From positions 64,001 to 128,000 of the forward strand of contig JANMPT010000025.1 in NCBI GenBank assembly GCA_031370005.1: DNA of 64,000 bases. Direction: 5' to 3'. The notes under the pieces were generated by a model that made no database searches, was not told the origin of the DNA, and saw only the letters and a list, made by a program, of their open reading frames with translations. Positions 30,543 to 41,821 of the stretch are shown in pieces (position 1 is the stretch's first letter; each line of letters opens with the position of its first letter). The DNA is from Bdellovibrionales bacterium. GTDB taxonomy: Bacteria; Bdellovibrionota; Bdellovibrionia; Bdellovibrionales; Bdellovibrionaceae. The translations under genes were made by a program, and so were the position numbers.

Positions 30543-31528
30543 AAGTTTTGGTCACAGGAGCAAATGGTTTTTTAGGGAGCTGGCTCACTCGGGCCCTGGT
30601 CAAGGAAGGTCATGAGGTTTTTGCTTTAGTACGTGCACAAAGCGATTTGTCCGAACTTGAGGGTGTCCCTTGCAATTATGTTTATGGTGATATTACGGAC
30701 CTTGAGAGTCTTTATAAATCTTTTGCTGAAATCGATACTGTATTTCATCTCGCGGGGCTCATAGCGTATAAGAAAAAAGATCGTACTGAAATGGAAAAGA
30801 TTAATGTCTTTGGTACTGAGAACGTAATTGAGGCATGTTTAACAAAAAAAATCAGAAAGCTTGTCTATGTTTCTTCAGTTGTGGCGGTTGGCGCTGGTTT
30901 TAATTCTCAGCAGATTCTCAACGAAGACTCGCACTATAATGTTGCGCATTTGAATCTAGGCTATTTTGAAACCAAAAGATCCGCGGAGGGACTTGTTGTC
31001 GACGCGTATAAGAACAAAAATCTGGACTGTGTCATTATTAATCCAAGTACGATATATGGCGAAGGCGATGCTAAAAAAAGCAGCCGCAAAACTCAAGTCA
31101 AAGTCGCTCAGGGGCATTTCAATTTTTATACCTGTGGTGGAGTTAGCGTTGTTTCTGTCGAAGATGTTGTGAGCGCCATTATCACTGCCTGGAAGAGCGG
31201 ACGCAGCGGTGAACGCTACATTTTATCCGGTGAGAATCTTACTATCAAAGATCTTTTTAAATTGATCGCTGAAGAGGCAGGTGCGCGCCCACCGCAGTAC
31301 AAGATTCCAAACTGGGTCCTGTTCGTGCTGGGACGTACTGGCGACTTAATGGAGGCTCTAGGCATGAAGGGCTCGCTCAGTACAGAGAATGCCTGGACGG
31401 CAACCTTATATCATTGGTTTGATAATAGTAAGGCACAAAAAGAGCTAGGATTTAAGCCCCGTCCTGCTCGCGAAGCGATTCGAAGTAGTGTATCGTGGAT
31501 GAAAAAAAATGGGTTACTGAGTTCATAA
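30539..31528 (+). CDS. NAD-dependent epimerase/dehydratase (HpnA/dihydroflavonol reductase-like)
   Basis: TGANGFLG, YFETK and GERYILSGEN. Confidence 0.88.
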   Translation: MKVLVTGANGFLGSWLTRALVKEGHEVFALVRAQSDLSELEGVPCNYVYGDITDLESLYKSFAEIDTVFHLAGLIAYKKKDRTEMEKINVFGTENVIEACLTKKIRKLVYVSSVVAVGAGFNSQQILNEDSHYNVAHLNLGYFETKRSAEGLVVDAYKNKNLDCVIINPSTIYGEGDAKKSSRKTQVKVAQGHFNFYTCGGVSVVSVEDVVSAIITAWKSGRSGERYILSGENLTIKDLFKLIAEEAGARPPQYKIPNWVLFVLGRTGDLMEALGMKGSLSTENAWTATLYHWFDNSKAQKELGFKPRPAREAIRSSVSWMKKNGLLSS

Positions 31529-32328
31529 TGACAAAACTGTTTAAAATTTCAGGAGTCATCAGTCTATTTATTTTAATAAGTGCGGGATCCTTCGCAGGCT
31601 ATGTTTTTTACAAAATTCCATCTGAAAAAAAAATTAAAGGTTGCTTGGTGACGACGATGTATCAGGTACACCTTTGTCCAGGATCCAAAGATTATGCGCC
31701 ACTGAAGTCAATTTCAGCTTATTTGCAAAAAACAGTGGTGCTAACGGAAGACTCGACATTCTTTCAGCACGATGGCTTTGATTGGAGATCTATAGAGGAA
31801 AATGCGAAAAAGAATTTAGAAAAAGGTCAATATGCCAAAGGTGGATCTACAATTTCACAGCAGCTCGCAAAAAATATGTTTTTGTATAGGGATAAAACAC
31901 TGTTTAGGAAGGGCCTTGAGGCTCTGATTACACAAAAAATTGAGAAAACGCTGACAAAAAATGAAATACTAGAGCGGTACTTAAATGTGGTTGAGTTCGG
32001 TAAAAACATTTATGGCGTGAAGCAGGCCGCAAATTTTTATTTCAAAAAGACTCCAGCACAGCTAGATGTCGTAGAGTCCGCTTTTTTGGCGATGATTTTA
32101 CCCAGCCCTATTAAGTACTCACAATCGTATTTCCGAAAAGATCTCACCCCGTTTGCGCAAAAAAGGCTGCGACGGATTGTGAACGATATGTATCAATATA
32201 GCCGTATCACAGAAGCGGAATATGCTGTGGCCATTGCTGAGGTAAACGGGCTTTTTTCTTCAAACCCAATGCCGGACTTCTTGGACGAACTCGAACAAAA
32301 CAAAAACGAAGACGACTCGTTTTTCTGA
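31528..32328 (+). CDS. mtgA: Monofunctional peptidoglycan glycosyltransferase
   Basis: GT51 motifs ED..FFQHDG, GGSTISQQLAKN, RKGLE and YLN; no transpeptidase domain. Confidence 0.88.
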   Translation: MTKLFKISGVISLFILISAGSFAGYVFYKIPSEKKIKGCLVTTMYQVHLCPGSKDYAPLKSISAYLQKTVVLTEDSTFFQHDGFDWRSIEENAKKNLEKGQYAKGGSTISQQLAKNMFLYRDKTLFRKGLEALITQKIEKTLTKNEILERYLNVVEFGKNIYGVKQAANFYFKKTPAQLDVVESAFLAMILPSPIKYSQSYFRKDLTPFAQKRLRRIVNDMYQYSRITEAEYAVAIAEVNGLFSSNPMPDFLDELEQNKNEDDSFF

Positions 32329-32331
32329 TTT

Positions 32332-33120
32332 TTATTTCAGCAGTTTATTGCGAATTCTGTATATTGCAATATTCATAGCTAGGTAAGCCAGCATGAATAA
32401 AATGAACACGTGGATACCCACGGTTGCTGAAAAGCCGTCTTGAAGAATCCCGCGAACCGCCTGAACCGCATGAGTCAGTGGGAATAAATATGCAAAATAT
32501 TTAAGACCGCCTGGTAGCTGGTCAATGGGGAAATAAGTTCCGCTTAACAAGGACATAGGCACAATAAATCCAGATGTCGAATAAATAAAAGAATCATAAT
32601 TTCGCGCATATGAAGTCATAATCATCGCAAGGGAGGCGAATAACCAACATAGAATCATTAAAACTATCAAGGCAGGGAAAACTCTCCAGGTGTCGATAAG
32701 ACCAAAGAAAGCTGCAACAAAAGCAACCCCGCAAACGCTGATATAACCTTTTGTTCCTGCCCAAAGGAGCTCACCAAGGGCGATTTCCTCAGGGCCAATT
32801 CGTGTTAGCATAATGGTCGAGTAGGTTCTTTGGTGAGTAAGCTTTGTAAAACCGCCGTAGGTGCCTTCGAAAAAAGTCACCATCATCCCTGTTGAGCATA
32901 AAAGGCCGGGGAAAAAAAAGTCGACATAGGAGTGCCCATGGATGTTACTTACAAAAGCTCCAAGGCCAAAACCAATGGCTCCTAAATACATTAATGGCTC
33001 AAGAAAAACCCAGAATAAAGAAACGGTCCATGTTTTGCGGAAGTATAAAAAGTTACGAGCCCAAACACGTAGGAAGCCACTATTCATCTTGGGAGTGCGA
33101 AGTATCTCGGTAAATTTCAT
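32332..33120 (-). CDS. ABC-2 exporter permease (NodJ-like)
   Basis: Six TM segments, SGTYFP and PLTHAV. Confidence 0.88.
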   Translation of the reverse strand: MKFTEILRTPKMNSGFLRVWARNFLYFRKTWTVSLFWVFLEPLMYLGAIGFGLGAFVSNIHGHSYVDFFFPGLLCSTGMMVTFFEGTYGGFTKLTHQRTYSTIMLTRIGPEEIALGELLWAGTKGYISVCGVAFVAAFFGLIDTWRVFPALIVLMILCWLFASLAMIMTSYARNYDSFIYSTSGFIVPMSLLSGTYFPIDQLPGGLKYFAYLFPLTHAVQAVRGILQDGFSATVGIHVFILFMLAYLAMNIAIYRIRNKLLK

Positions 33121-34046
33121 TACTCGTCCCTCAAGGTATGTCCTGCTAACTTCAAAAAGACATCATTCAATGTGGGTTTTCGGATAAGAATTTTATCGCT
33201 AGCTATTAACTCAATTGCCTTACGTCCCTCTTGTGTGGGGCTTATGAGAATCATTACGGTGTTTTGAATAACTTGATAATTATAAGCGCCCTCGCGCAAT
33301 CGCCCGGCATAGTAATTTAAATCTGCGGGGTTAGTTTCAAACTCCACGACTTCGATTCCGATATGCTCAAGGATCAAATCAGAAGGTTTTCCCATTGCTA
33401 GAATGCGACCATGATCCATGATTGCAACGCGGTCACATAAGCGCTCGGCCTCTTCCATATAATGGGTTGTTAAAACCACCGTGGCACTTTTCGTTTTCAA
33501 CCGTTTGATAAAATCCCAAATCCATAAGCGTGCCTGAGGATCTAACCCAGTCGTGGGCTCATCCATAAAGAGAAGTTCAGGTTTATTCACGAGTGCGCGA
33601 GCAATCGCTAAACGGCGCTTCATCCCGCCACTGAGTGTGTCTACGGAGCGATCTGCGTATTCCTCCAGGCGCATCTCGCGCAATAATGATTGAGCTTTGA
33701 TCGATGCTGTCTGAGCGGGAATTTCGTGGTAGCTGGCATAAACTAGCAGATTCTCAAGCACGTTGAGATCGGGGTCCAGACCATCTTCTTGTGGAATCAC
33801 GCCGATGCGAGCTTTAATTTCGCGATAATTTTTTTTAACATTTAAGCCCAAAACATAGAGCTCGCCACTGGTTACAAGGGCACTACAATACATCATTTTC
33901 ATCGTAGTAGATTTGCCAGCGCCGTTCGGACCCAGCAAACCAAAGCACTCCCCTTTGGGAATTTCTAAATTGATGCCATTGACGACAAAGTTCTCGCCAT
34001 ATTTTTTTTTGAGATCTTTGAGCTCAACGGCAACTTTTTGACTCAT
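33120..34046 (-). CDS. ABC exporter ATPase (NodI-like)
   Basis: GPNGAGKST, LSGGMKRR and DEPTTGLDPQAR. Confidence 0.9.
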   Translation of the reverse strand: MSQKVAVELKDLKKKYGENFVVNGINLEIPKGECFGLLGPNGAGKSTTMKMMYCSALVTSGELYVLGLNVKKNYREIKARIGVIPQEDGLDPDLNVLENLLVYASYHEIPAQTASIKAQSLLREMRLEEYADRSVDTLSGGMKRRLAIARALVNKPELLFMDEPTTGLDPQARLWIWDFIKRLKTKSATVVLTTHYMEEAERLCDRVAIMDHGRILAMGKPSDLILEHIGIEVVEFETNPADLNYYAGRLREGAYNYQVIQNTVMILISPTQEGRKAIELIASDKILIRKPTLNDVFLKLAGHTLRDE

Positions 34047-35860
34047 TAGTCTCTCGATGCTTTTCCGCGGCGGCTTGAATCAAGATCGCGACAACGAATA
34101 CGAATTGTCTTCGGAGTTACCTCAATCAATTCTGAATCCTTAATCCACTCCATGGCTTTTTCTAAGGTCATGGGACGAACTGGTACAATGCGAACGGCCT
34201 CATCGGTCCCTGAAGCACGAACGTTAGTCAGTTTTTTCTCGCGAGTTATATTTACAACAAGATCATTTTCTTTGGCGTGTTCGCCCACAATCATGCCTTC
34301 GAAGACTTCATCACCATGATTAACGTACATCACGCCGCGCTCTTGTAGGTTCCAGATTGCGTAAGCAACAGCCATGCCTTTACGGTCAGATACCATTGCG
34401 CCGTTCATACGATGCTCAATCTCACCTTTGAAGGCTTCATAGCCATCAAACTGTGTGTTCAAAAGACCCGTTCCACGAGTGTCTGTCAAAAAGGTGGATC
34501 TATAGCCAATCAATCCGCGAGAAGGAATGCGAAACTCAAGACGAGTTCGTCCGGTGCCTTTTTGTACCATATTGGTCATGATGCCTTTGCGCTTGCCAAG
34601 TTTTTCTGTCACTGCGCCCACGTAGGCATCTTCGATATCAATAACCGCTATTTCCATGGGCTCTGTTCGCTGACCATTTTCTTCCTTGAAGATAACCGTT
34701 GGTTTAGAAACCAGAAGTTCGAAGTTTTCACGGCGCATTTGTTCAATCAAAACCGCCAATTGCAATTCGCCACGCCCGATAACCTTGAACGAATCTGTCA
34801 GTTCGGTTTTTTCAACCCGAATAGCCACATTGTAGAGAAGTTCTCTCTCAAGGCGTTCAAGAATTTTACGGGAGGTTACGTTTTTCCCCTCCATGCCTGC
34901 GAAGGGCCCATTATTCACTGAAAAGATCATACCGACGGTGGGCTCATCAACCCGAATTCGCGGAAGTGGAGTTGGCTCAAGGGCAGAGGTAATGGTGTCG
35001 CCGATGGTGAAGTCTTCCATGCCGGCAATGACAACGATATCCCCTGCGCCAACTTCTTGAGCCGGTACCAGTGAGTTTACTTTATATTGGAATAGGGCAG
35101 TAACTTTTACTTTCCTTTGTGAATGCTCCATCACGCAAAGAACGTCATCACCGACTTTAATAGTGCCGGCTCTCATTCGACCGATAGCTAAACGACCGAC
35201 GTAGTCATTATAGGAAATGTTAGAAACCATCACTTGCAGTGGTGCATTCTCAACAATTTTTGGTGGCGGAACAAGATTTACGATTGCATCGTATAGAACC
35301 TCAAGAGTACCCGTGTTCACGCTTGGATCCAAAGTCGCCATACCCTCGCGGGCAATCGCGTAGATGGTGTGGAAATCGCACTGTTCTTCATTGGCTTCTA
35401 GATCAATAAATAAATCGAAAAGTTCATTGTGAACCTCTTGAATACGAGCATCTGAGCGGTCAATTTTATTGATACAAACAATGACTTTTAAATTTTGCTC
35501 AAGCGCTTTTTTTAAAACGAAACGAGTTTGTGGAAGTGGACCTTCCGAGGCGTCGCATAGAAGGATGCAACCATCAACCATGTTGAGGATACGCTCAACT
35601 TCTCCACCAAAATCACTATGTCCCGGCGTATCGACTATATTTACTTTTATGTCTTTGTATGTGAACGAAGCGTTCTTGGCCGCAATAGTAATACCACGTT
35701 CTTTTTCAAGATCCATAGAGTCCATTAGTCGTTCTTCCACGTGCTCATTGTCACGGAAGGTGCCCGCCTGCCTGATCAAGTGATCAACGAGAGTTGTCTT
35801 ACCATGATCGACGTGAGCAATAATGGCGATATTTCGAATTTTCTTTGGATCCTGAGTCAT
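34046..35860 (-). CDS. typA: Translational GTPase TypA/BipA
   Basis: RNIAIIAHVDHGKTT, ERGITI, GRGEL and RGLIGYR. Confidence 0.96.
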   Translation of the reverse strand: MTQDPKKIRNIAIIAHVDHGKTTLVDHLIRQAGTFRDNEHVEERLMDSMDLEKERGITIAAKNASFTYKDIKVNIVDTPGHSDFGGEVERILNMVDGCILLCDASEGPLPQTRFVLKKALEQNLKVIVCINKIDRSDARIQEVHNELFDLFIDLEANEEQCDFHTIYAIAREGMATLDPSVNTGTLEVLYDAIVNLVPPPKIVENAPLQVMVSNISYNDYVGRLAIGRMRAGTIKVGDDVLCVMEHSQRKVKVTALFQYKVNSLVPAQEVGAGDIVVIAGMEDFTIGDTITSALEPTPLPRIRVDEPTVGMIFSVNNGPFAGMEGKNVTSRKILERLERELLYNVAIRVEKTELTDSFKVIGRGELQLAVLIEQMRRENFELLVSKPTVIFKEENGQRTEPMEIAVIDIEDAYVGAVTEKLGKRKGIMTNMVQKGTGRTRLEFRIPSRGLIGYRSTFLTDTRGTGLLNTQFDGYEAFKGEIEHRMNGAMVSDRKGMAVAYAIWNLQERGVMYVNHGDEVFEGMIVGEHAKENDLVVNITREKKLTNVRASGTDEAVRIVPVRPMTLEKAMEWIKDSELIEVTPKTIRIRCRDLDSSRRGKASRD

Positions 35861-35879
35861 CTGTTTTCCTTGTGTTTCT

Positions 35880-36896
35880 TTAGCCGTGTCCACCCATGAG
35901 GAACTCTTCATGGCTAGTGTCTTCTTGTTTTATTGTTCCAATACTTTTAAAAAATTCCATAACTATTCCCATAAGTTCATCATTGGTTTTCGTTTGGAAT
36001 AGATTTTTACGGAATTGGGAGGCCCCAGGGTATCCTGTTGCGAACCAAGCTGCAAACTTTCGCAGCTGAATCCCGGTGATATGCTCATCACAATGCGCCA
36101 CGAGGGCTTCGCGTAGATCCATAAATAAGCTCATAAAGTCGCGGGAGAACTCCTGAGGAGCCTCTTTTCCCCCCCACAAGCTCAAAGCATCCATAAAAAT
36201 ATGTGGATTTTTTAAGCAGCCACGCCCGATAAGAACACCGTCACAACCAGACTCCTTCATCCTCATAACAGCTTGTTTGGCAGTCAAAATGTCGCCATTT
36301 CCAAGGATCGGCAAGCGAGCTTTTGCTTTAATCTCTGCAATATGCTCCCAATCTGCCTGACCCGAATATGCTTGCGCGCGGGTTCTGCCGTGAATGGCAA
36401 CCCAGGTGATTCCCTCATTATACGCAATATTGCAGACATCATGGGCATTGAGAGAACTTGAATCCCAGCCCGTACGGATTTTAATGGTCACAGGGATTTT
36501 CACGGCCTTTACTACTGCGCCAAGGACCTTCTCCATCAAGGGTAGGTCGCGGAGCATCCCAGAGCCAGCGCCCTTTTTAACAACCTTTGGAACAGGACAA
36601 CCGAAGTTGAGGTCAACAAAATCGCAACCGCTTTCTTCAGCCACCTGAGCACCCCGGGCCAAAAGTCCCGGATCTTCGCCAAAAAGCTGAATGCCAATTG
36701 GCCGTTGGGTCCCATCAAAACTCATTAACTTCAGCGTGCGCTCGCTTTTGTACTCGATTCCCGCCGCGCTCACAAGTTCAGAGACAACAATGCTCGCACC
36801 ACGCTTTTTCATAAAAGTACGAAAAGCATGGTCGGTGATTCCCGCCATAGGGGCTAAGACAAAAGGATTTTGTTTTAAAGCATTTAATGGATGCAT
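35880..36896 (-). CDS. dusB: tRNA-dihydrouridine synthase DusB
   Basis: LAPMAG, NFGCP, KIRTG, HGRT and GNGDI. Confidence 0.92.
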   Translation of the reverse strand: MHPLNALKQNPFVLAPMAGITDHAFRTFMKKRGASIVVSELVSAAGIEYKSERTLKLMSFDGTQRPIGIQLFGEDPGLLARGAQVAEESGCDFVDLNFGCPVPKVVKKGAGSGMLRDLPLMEKVLGAVVKAVKIPVTIKIRTGWDSSSLNAHDVCNIAYNEGITWVAIHGRTRAQAYSGQADWEHIAEIKAKARLPILGNGDILTAKQAVMRMKESGCDGVLIGRGCLKNPHIFMDALSLWGGKEAPQEFSRDFMSLFMDLREALVAHCDEHITGIQLRKFAAWFATGYPGASQFRKNLFQTKTNDELMGIVMEFFKSIGTIKQEDTSHEEFLMGGHG

Positions 36897-37020
36897 ACGA
36901 AGTGACAGGGTATAGCAAAAGACGGTCATTGGTGCCAGCGGAATCATGTTAAGTTATTATTTGATTGGACTCTTTAGCCTCAAACTCATTATAAGCCTTT
37001 TAGCAATATTTGGAGGATTT

Positions 37021-37788
37021 ATGTCAGATAGTGTTTTCGAAAAACCCGTAGAGACTCAGTATTTAGAACCCGCTATTGAGTGCGACTTTGAAGCTTTTGC
37101 CAAAGTCGCTCAAAGCCGGCGATCTGTCAGGGTATTTACTGAGGATATTATTCCGGATTCTGTTGTGGAAAAGTGTCTGGATATGGCCCTACTTGCGCCG
37201 AACTCTTCAAATCTTCAACCTTGGGATTTTTACTGGGTAAAGTCGACTGAGAAAACTCAAAAACTAAAGGAGTATTGCCTCTATCAGCCAGCAGCAAAAA
37301 CTGCCCCGACTTTAATTGTGGCAGTGGCAAGGCCAGACAACTGGAAGCGAGGGCAAAAAATCAACCTCGACTATCTCGCTGGACAAAAAAAACCACACGC
37401 AAGCATGATATGTTACTACGAAAAATTAGTCCCCTTTGTCTACGGCAATGGGCCCCTAAATTTGCTTGGACCTATAAAAAGTCTTTTATATGCAGTTATT
37501 GGGCTCTTCAAAGTCATTCCTCGTGGGCCTGTTGGAAAATCTGGCAATCGTTTATGGGCAACAAAGACGACGGCATTGGCTTGTGAAAACCTGATGTTGG
37601 CCTTTAGAGCCGCTGGCTATGACTCTTGCCCCATGGAGGGCTTTGATGAAGTCCGAGTAAAAAAACTTTTGCGACTTACGCGCGGAGCCTCTGTCGCCAT
37701 GGTAATTGGTGCCGGAAAGCGCGCAGCACATGGAGTTTACAACGAGCGTATCCGTGGTCCCAAGGATATGTTTGTAAAGGTCCTTTAG
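37021..37788 (+). CDS. Nitroreductase family protein
   Basis: GGAGG SD; RRSVR, APNSSNLQPW and SCPMEGFD. Confidence 0.9.
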   Translation: MSDSVFEKPVETQYLEPAIECDFEAFAKVAQSRRSVRVFTEDIIPDSVVEKCLDMALLAPNSSNLQPWDFYWVKSTEKTQKLKEYCLYQPAAKTAPTLIVAVARPDNWKRGQKINLDYLAGQKKPHASMICYYEKLVPFVYGNGPLNLLGPIKSLLYAVIGLFKVIPRGPVGKSGNRLWATKTTALACENLMLAFRAAGYDSCPMEGFDEVRVKKLLRLTRGASVAMVIGAGKRAAHGVYNERIRGPKDMFVKVL

Positions 37789-37793
37789 AAAGA

Positions 37794-38402
37794 CTACTCC
37801 AGCCAAGTCACGCGACCCTCAAGTTGGCGAGGCGCTTTTGGTGGCTGGTGATCGGGGTATCCAATCACCATGGCGCAGAGCAATTCCAATTCGCCTCTTT
37901 GATACTCAGGAAGCTGATCTACTCCAAGAAAGCGATCCACCTCTTCTTTGATTTCTAGTGGTGCCCCCATGGTGCAACAGCCAAGACCTTCAACAAAACA
38001 GGCAAGATTCATGTTTTCCACAGCCATATACACACTGCCGATGCTGGTATGATAACGTTCTTCGGCATCGTTGTGGGAATAGGCAAAAACAAGAACTGGG
38101 GCATCGCCAAGGGTGAAGAAAAATCTTTCTGTGAAATCATAAAGTGAGGGTTTTAGGCGCAGACGAAGAAGATCTTTGATGCCGAGCCAAGACTTCTGAG
38201 AGTACTTGAGATACTCTTCACGCTTTGCTCTTTGAACAACAAAAAATCGCCAATTTTGTCTGTTTTTTCCAGACGGAGCCTCTACCGCAGCAGCAAGAAT
38301 ACGCTCTAAAATCTCCTTGGGAACGGGAATATTTTTATATTTGCGTACGGACCTGCGGGACTTTAATAAATCGTAAAACTCTTCTTTATTCATCGTTTTC
38401 AT
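37794..38402 (-). CDS. Nitroreductase family protein
   Basis: RRSVRKY, APSGKNRQNW and GLGCC. Confidence 0.88.
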   Translation of the reverse strand: MKTMNKEEFYDLLKSRRSVRKYKNIPVPKEILERILAAAVEAPSGKNRQNWRFFVVQRAKREEYLKYSQKSWLGIKDLLRLRLKPSLYDFTERFFFTLGDAPVLVFAYSHNDAEERYHTSIGSVYMAVENMNLACFVEGLGCCTMGAPLEIKEEVDRFLGVDQLPEYQRGELELLCAMVIGYPDHQPPKAPRQLEGRVTWLE

Positions 38403-38430
38403 TCTAGCAAAGTTATGGCAGACTTCACCC

Positions 38431-38919
38431 ATGGATGTAAAAAAAAAACCATTCTATGCTGAAGGTCTATTCATCGGCGGCCTACTTGTTCTGGCTCTCC
38501 TTGTCACGGCTGTCGCAATAACGCCCCCTTGGCGCCAAGGCTTTAGAGATTTTTTTAATCCTGAGCAGCGCAATATTCTGGCAAAAATATCTGGAGATCT
38601 CACTGGTCGGGGTCTTTTTGTTACTGTTTTTAAAATACAAATACGGGACCGTCTGGTTTTAGAAGTTTACAACACCGAGAATCCAGAAGCGGTTACTTTG
38701 ATGGCTCGAATTGTATTGCCTGAAAAAAGAGACGCGTACTTTCAATTAAAGGGAAATGCGACGAATTTAGGACTAGCGGATGTGGACAACGACGGGATAT
38801 TAGAAATCATTGCCCCAGCTTTTGATGATCAAATGCAAGCAAGGTTGAACATTTATAAGTTCAACCTTGCCACTCGAAGTTTTGACCGGATGAATACACC
38901 ACCAGGAGTCGAATTCTGA
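38431..38919 (+). CDS. Membrane-anchored hypothetical protein with FG-GAP/DxDxDG-like loops
   Basis: N-terminal TM, GDLTG and DVDNDGILEI. Confidence 0.7.
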   Translation: MDVKKKPFYAEGLFIGGLLVLALLVTAVAITPPWRQGFRDFFNPEQRNILAKISGDLTGRGLFVTVFKIQIRDRLVLEVYNTENPEAVTLMARIVLPEKRDAYFQLKGNATNLGLADVDNDGILEIIAPAFDDQMQARLNIYKFNLATRSFDRMNTPPGVEF

Positions 38920-40581
38920 TTAAAATCCTGAAACGTCGCCGACCTTGCCTCGTCCATTAGAACTTACTTCGTCTTCATCAAATGGAATTGCATCTTGGCC
39001 GCTGCTTTTGTTTTTAGAAGCTATTTTTTTGGGCGTGAACTTTACAACACTGTGCTTTGGTTTGCCATTTGCTTTTTTAGCTATGGAAGCCCCTGCTCTT
39101 GGGGCACCCATGATGTCATCGGCGCCGGGTTCAGTACCCAGGACAACTTCATTTAGTTTTTCTGTTAACTGGCGCATTTGTATTGCTTGGGAAGCAATTT
39201 CTTCAGAAGTTGATGCGATCTCTTCGGAAGAGGCAGCATTGCTCTGAGCACCTTGATCCAATTGATTCATCGCTTTGCTAATTTGCTGAATACCGCTTGT
39301 TTGCTCTGAAGAGGCTGAAGCAATTTCATTGGCCAGATCTGCCACTTTTTTCACAGAAGAAACAATGTCTTGCATAACTACGCCCGACTTATCAGCGACA
39401 ACCGTACCTTTTTCAATTTTTTCTACAGAATCCTTGATAAGTGTTGTGATGTCTTTTGCTGCGTCCGCACTTTTTTGCGCCAAAGTTCGAACCGCATCTG
39501 CTACAACTGCAAAGCCCTTACCTTGTTCCCCTGCACGAGCGGCCTCAACTGCCGCGTTGAGTGCCAATAAATTCGTTTGAAAGGCAATGTCATCAATAAC
39601 GTGAATGATTTCTTCAATTTTCCTAGAGGCCTGAGAAATTCCTTGCATTGATTCCACAAGGGTTTTGATTTCTTTTTCGCCTTTTTCCGCTGAATCACGT
39701 GAAGTCTGTGCCAAAGCCGCAGCTTCCCGGGCATGGTCAGAATTCATTTGCACCATAGAACTCATCTCTTCAAGGGAAGCCACGGTTTCCTCTAGTGAGG
39801 CTGCGGATTCTGTTGAAGACTCTGAAAGTGCGTGGCCAGCAGCAGAAAGTTGTTCAATAGCTTGAGTCACTTGACCCGTAGAATCTGACAGATTGCTAGC
39901 AACATCACCCACTGAGTTTGAAATTCGGTAAGCAATCCACATAAGAGTAGAGAAGGTTGCAAAGATAGCAAACAAACCCCCAAAAATAAGAATGTTCCGA
40001 CTAAAGGCGCGGAGCTCTGCCTGGTCCTTATCATGTGTCTTTGCGCTTGCTAAATAAATCTTAGTTAATTCGCTAGAAGTAACCCTCATTTTAGCAAGAG
40101 CAGTCCTCCATTCACCTGTTGTAAGTTGGTCCTGAACAATTTTTAAAGACTCAGGATCGCCCTTTTCAATAAGACCAATAAGTTTCTCATTTAAAATAAA
40201 GAAAGCATCAATGCCTGCCTTTAGGTCAGAGGACAATTGACTTGTCCCTTCTAAATGGGGGATCGCATCGTATGCTTTTAGGCTTTCTTTGAGCTCGCCC
40301 AAAGTCACAGTTGCTTTTTCAAGATACTCTTTGGAGGCTTTTGGGTCAGTGGTTTTTGTGCTGTAGCTTGCCCAAAGATAATAAGCGAGCCCCACCCTTG
40401 ATCGTGCCATAGGAGTAAAGGTTTCAAGGCCGGGAACTAGGATTGTGAATGACCCATCTAACATCGCGCCGAGCTTGTTAGCTGTATTGACAGAAGCTCC
40501 CACGACAGCTAGCAAAGCTACAACCGGCAAAAATGCTGTCATTAATAATTGTCCGCGAATACCTTTAAACCACTGTTTCAT
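38920..40581 (-). CDS. Methyl-accepting chemotaxis protein
   Basis: Two TM helices, a periplasmic four-helix sensor, and [30 protein letters not shown]. Confidence 0.95.
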   Translation of the reverse strand: MKQWFKGIRGQLLMTAFLPVVALLAVVGASVNTANKLGAMLDGSFTILVPGLETFTPMARSRVGLAYYLWASYSTKTTDPKASKEYLEKATVTLGELKESLKAYDAIPHLEGTSQLSSDLKAGIDAFFILNEKLIGLIEKGDPESLKIVQDQLTTGEWRTALAKMRVTSSELTKIYLASAKTHDKDQAELRAFSRNILIFGGLFAIFATFSTLMWIAYRISNSVGDVASNLSDSTGQVTQAIEQLSAAGHALSESSTESAASLEETVASLEEMSSMVQMNSDHAREAAALAQTSRDSAEKGEKEIKTLVESMQGISQASRKIEEIIHVIDDIAFQTNLLALNAAVEAARAGEQGKGFAVVADAVRTLAQKSADAAKDITTLIKDSVEKIEKGTVVADKSGVVMQDIVSSVKKVADLANEIASASSEQTSGIQQISKAMNQLDQGAQSNAASSEEIASTSEEIASQAIQMRQLTEKLNEVVLGTEPGADDIMGAPRAGASIAKKANGKPKHSVVKFTPKKIASKNKSSGQDAIPFDEDEVSSNGRGKVGDVSGF

Positions 40582-40756
40582 TATTGTCTCTCCTTCACTT
40601 TAAGTGACTACACATCCTTTCGTGCAAAATGGACTTTTTCTAAAGGCTGAGGCGGTTTTTTATCTGAAATTTAACTTTTTGTGTGCTCCGGAAAAGGAGC
40701 AGCCAGTCGAACGTCTCAGTTTAAGGCCGAATTAAGGCTAATACTTATTTGTTTGT

Positions 40757-41821
40757 CTACTGGCGGTTGTTTAAATTTCGCCAAGACTTTCCAATACGCT
40801 CTTTGGGGCTAATTTGAAACCTCTGAACCGCTTTGTTATGCCTGCCAAGATCTTCTGAAAACACCGTGGTGCCATCATTGCGACTTACGAAAAATAAATA
40901 CGTCGTAGTTGCTGGCCTTAGCACTGCTAATAAAGACTCTTTTCCAGGATTAGATATGGGCCCTGGCGGAAGTGCGCTAATCACATAGGTATTATAGCGC
41001 GTTGGTTTTAGAATATCTTCTTTATGAATATTATTCGGCATGACTCCGGTGGTGTCCGCAATCCCATAGAGAATTGTTGGATCCGTTTGTAACTTCATGT
41101 GTTTGCCCAGGCGATTATGAAAAACAGAGGCGATCAGGGGCCGGTCCCCTTTGGCTCCGGTTTCTTTTTCAACAATACTGGCAAGAGTAACAACTTGATT
41201 TCGACCCCAGCCTGGAAGGGCCTGACTTGCATCGAGGGTCTTGTAAACTGCGAGGAATCTTCTCACCATGGAGCTTATTAGATCACGTGTGCTATCAAAT
41301 TTTGTGATTTGATAGGTTTCAGGAAAAAGATATCCTTCAAGGCTTTCGACGGGCTCACCCAAAAGATGTTGGGCAAGAGCTTTATCTTTCGCCGCTGCCA
41401 AAAACGCTGTTTTCGTACCAAATCCTTGTTGTTCATAGAGATCCGCGATCTCATAAATATTTAAGCCCTCAGCTATTGTGAAGGGCTTTGCAATGCTTTT
41501 TCCTGAGGTGATAACTGTGAGGACTTCCCTTGGCACCATGTTTGGCCGAAGACCGTACTCACCGCGCTTCATTTGTTGGCGTTGATTTGTGATCCGAGCG
41601 TATAGTGAAAACGCAAAGGCGTTTTTAACAAGACCCTTGGTTTCTAAATCCTTAGCCACGGCATTGAAGCTCTGGCCGGGCTTTACTTCATAGATCATCG
41701 TTCTGTTCTCTGAGCTTGGAGAGGTGCTTGTAAATTCATGCGCTAAGTAGCCGACAGTTGCTGCGAAGGCGACAAAAAGACTTCCAAATGCAATCAGACC
41801 AATTAAAGTCACTCGCTTCAT
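40757..41821 (-). CDS. mltG: Endolytic transglycosylase MltG
   Basis: EGYLFPETY, LASIVEKE, LQTDPT and YNTY..LPPGPI. Confidence 0.93.
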   Translation of the reverse strand: MKRVTLIGLIAFGSLFVAFAATVGYLAHEFTSTSPSSENRTMIYEVKPGQSFNAVAKDLETKGLVKNAFAFSLYARITNQRQQMKRGEYGLRPNMVPREVLTVITSGKSIAKPFTIAEGLNIYEIADLYEQQGFGTKTAFLAAAKDKALAQHLLGEPVESLEGYLFPETYQITKFDSTRDLISSMVRRFLAVYKTLDASQALPGWGRNQVVTLASIVEKETGAKGDRPLIASVFHNRLGKHMKLQTDPTILYGIADTTGVMPNNIHKEDILKPTRYNTYVISALPPGPISNPGKESLLAVLRPATTTYLFFVSRNDGTTVFSEDLGRHNKAVQRFQISPKERIGKSWRNLNNRQ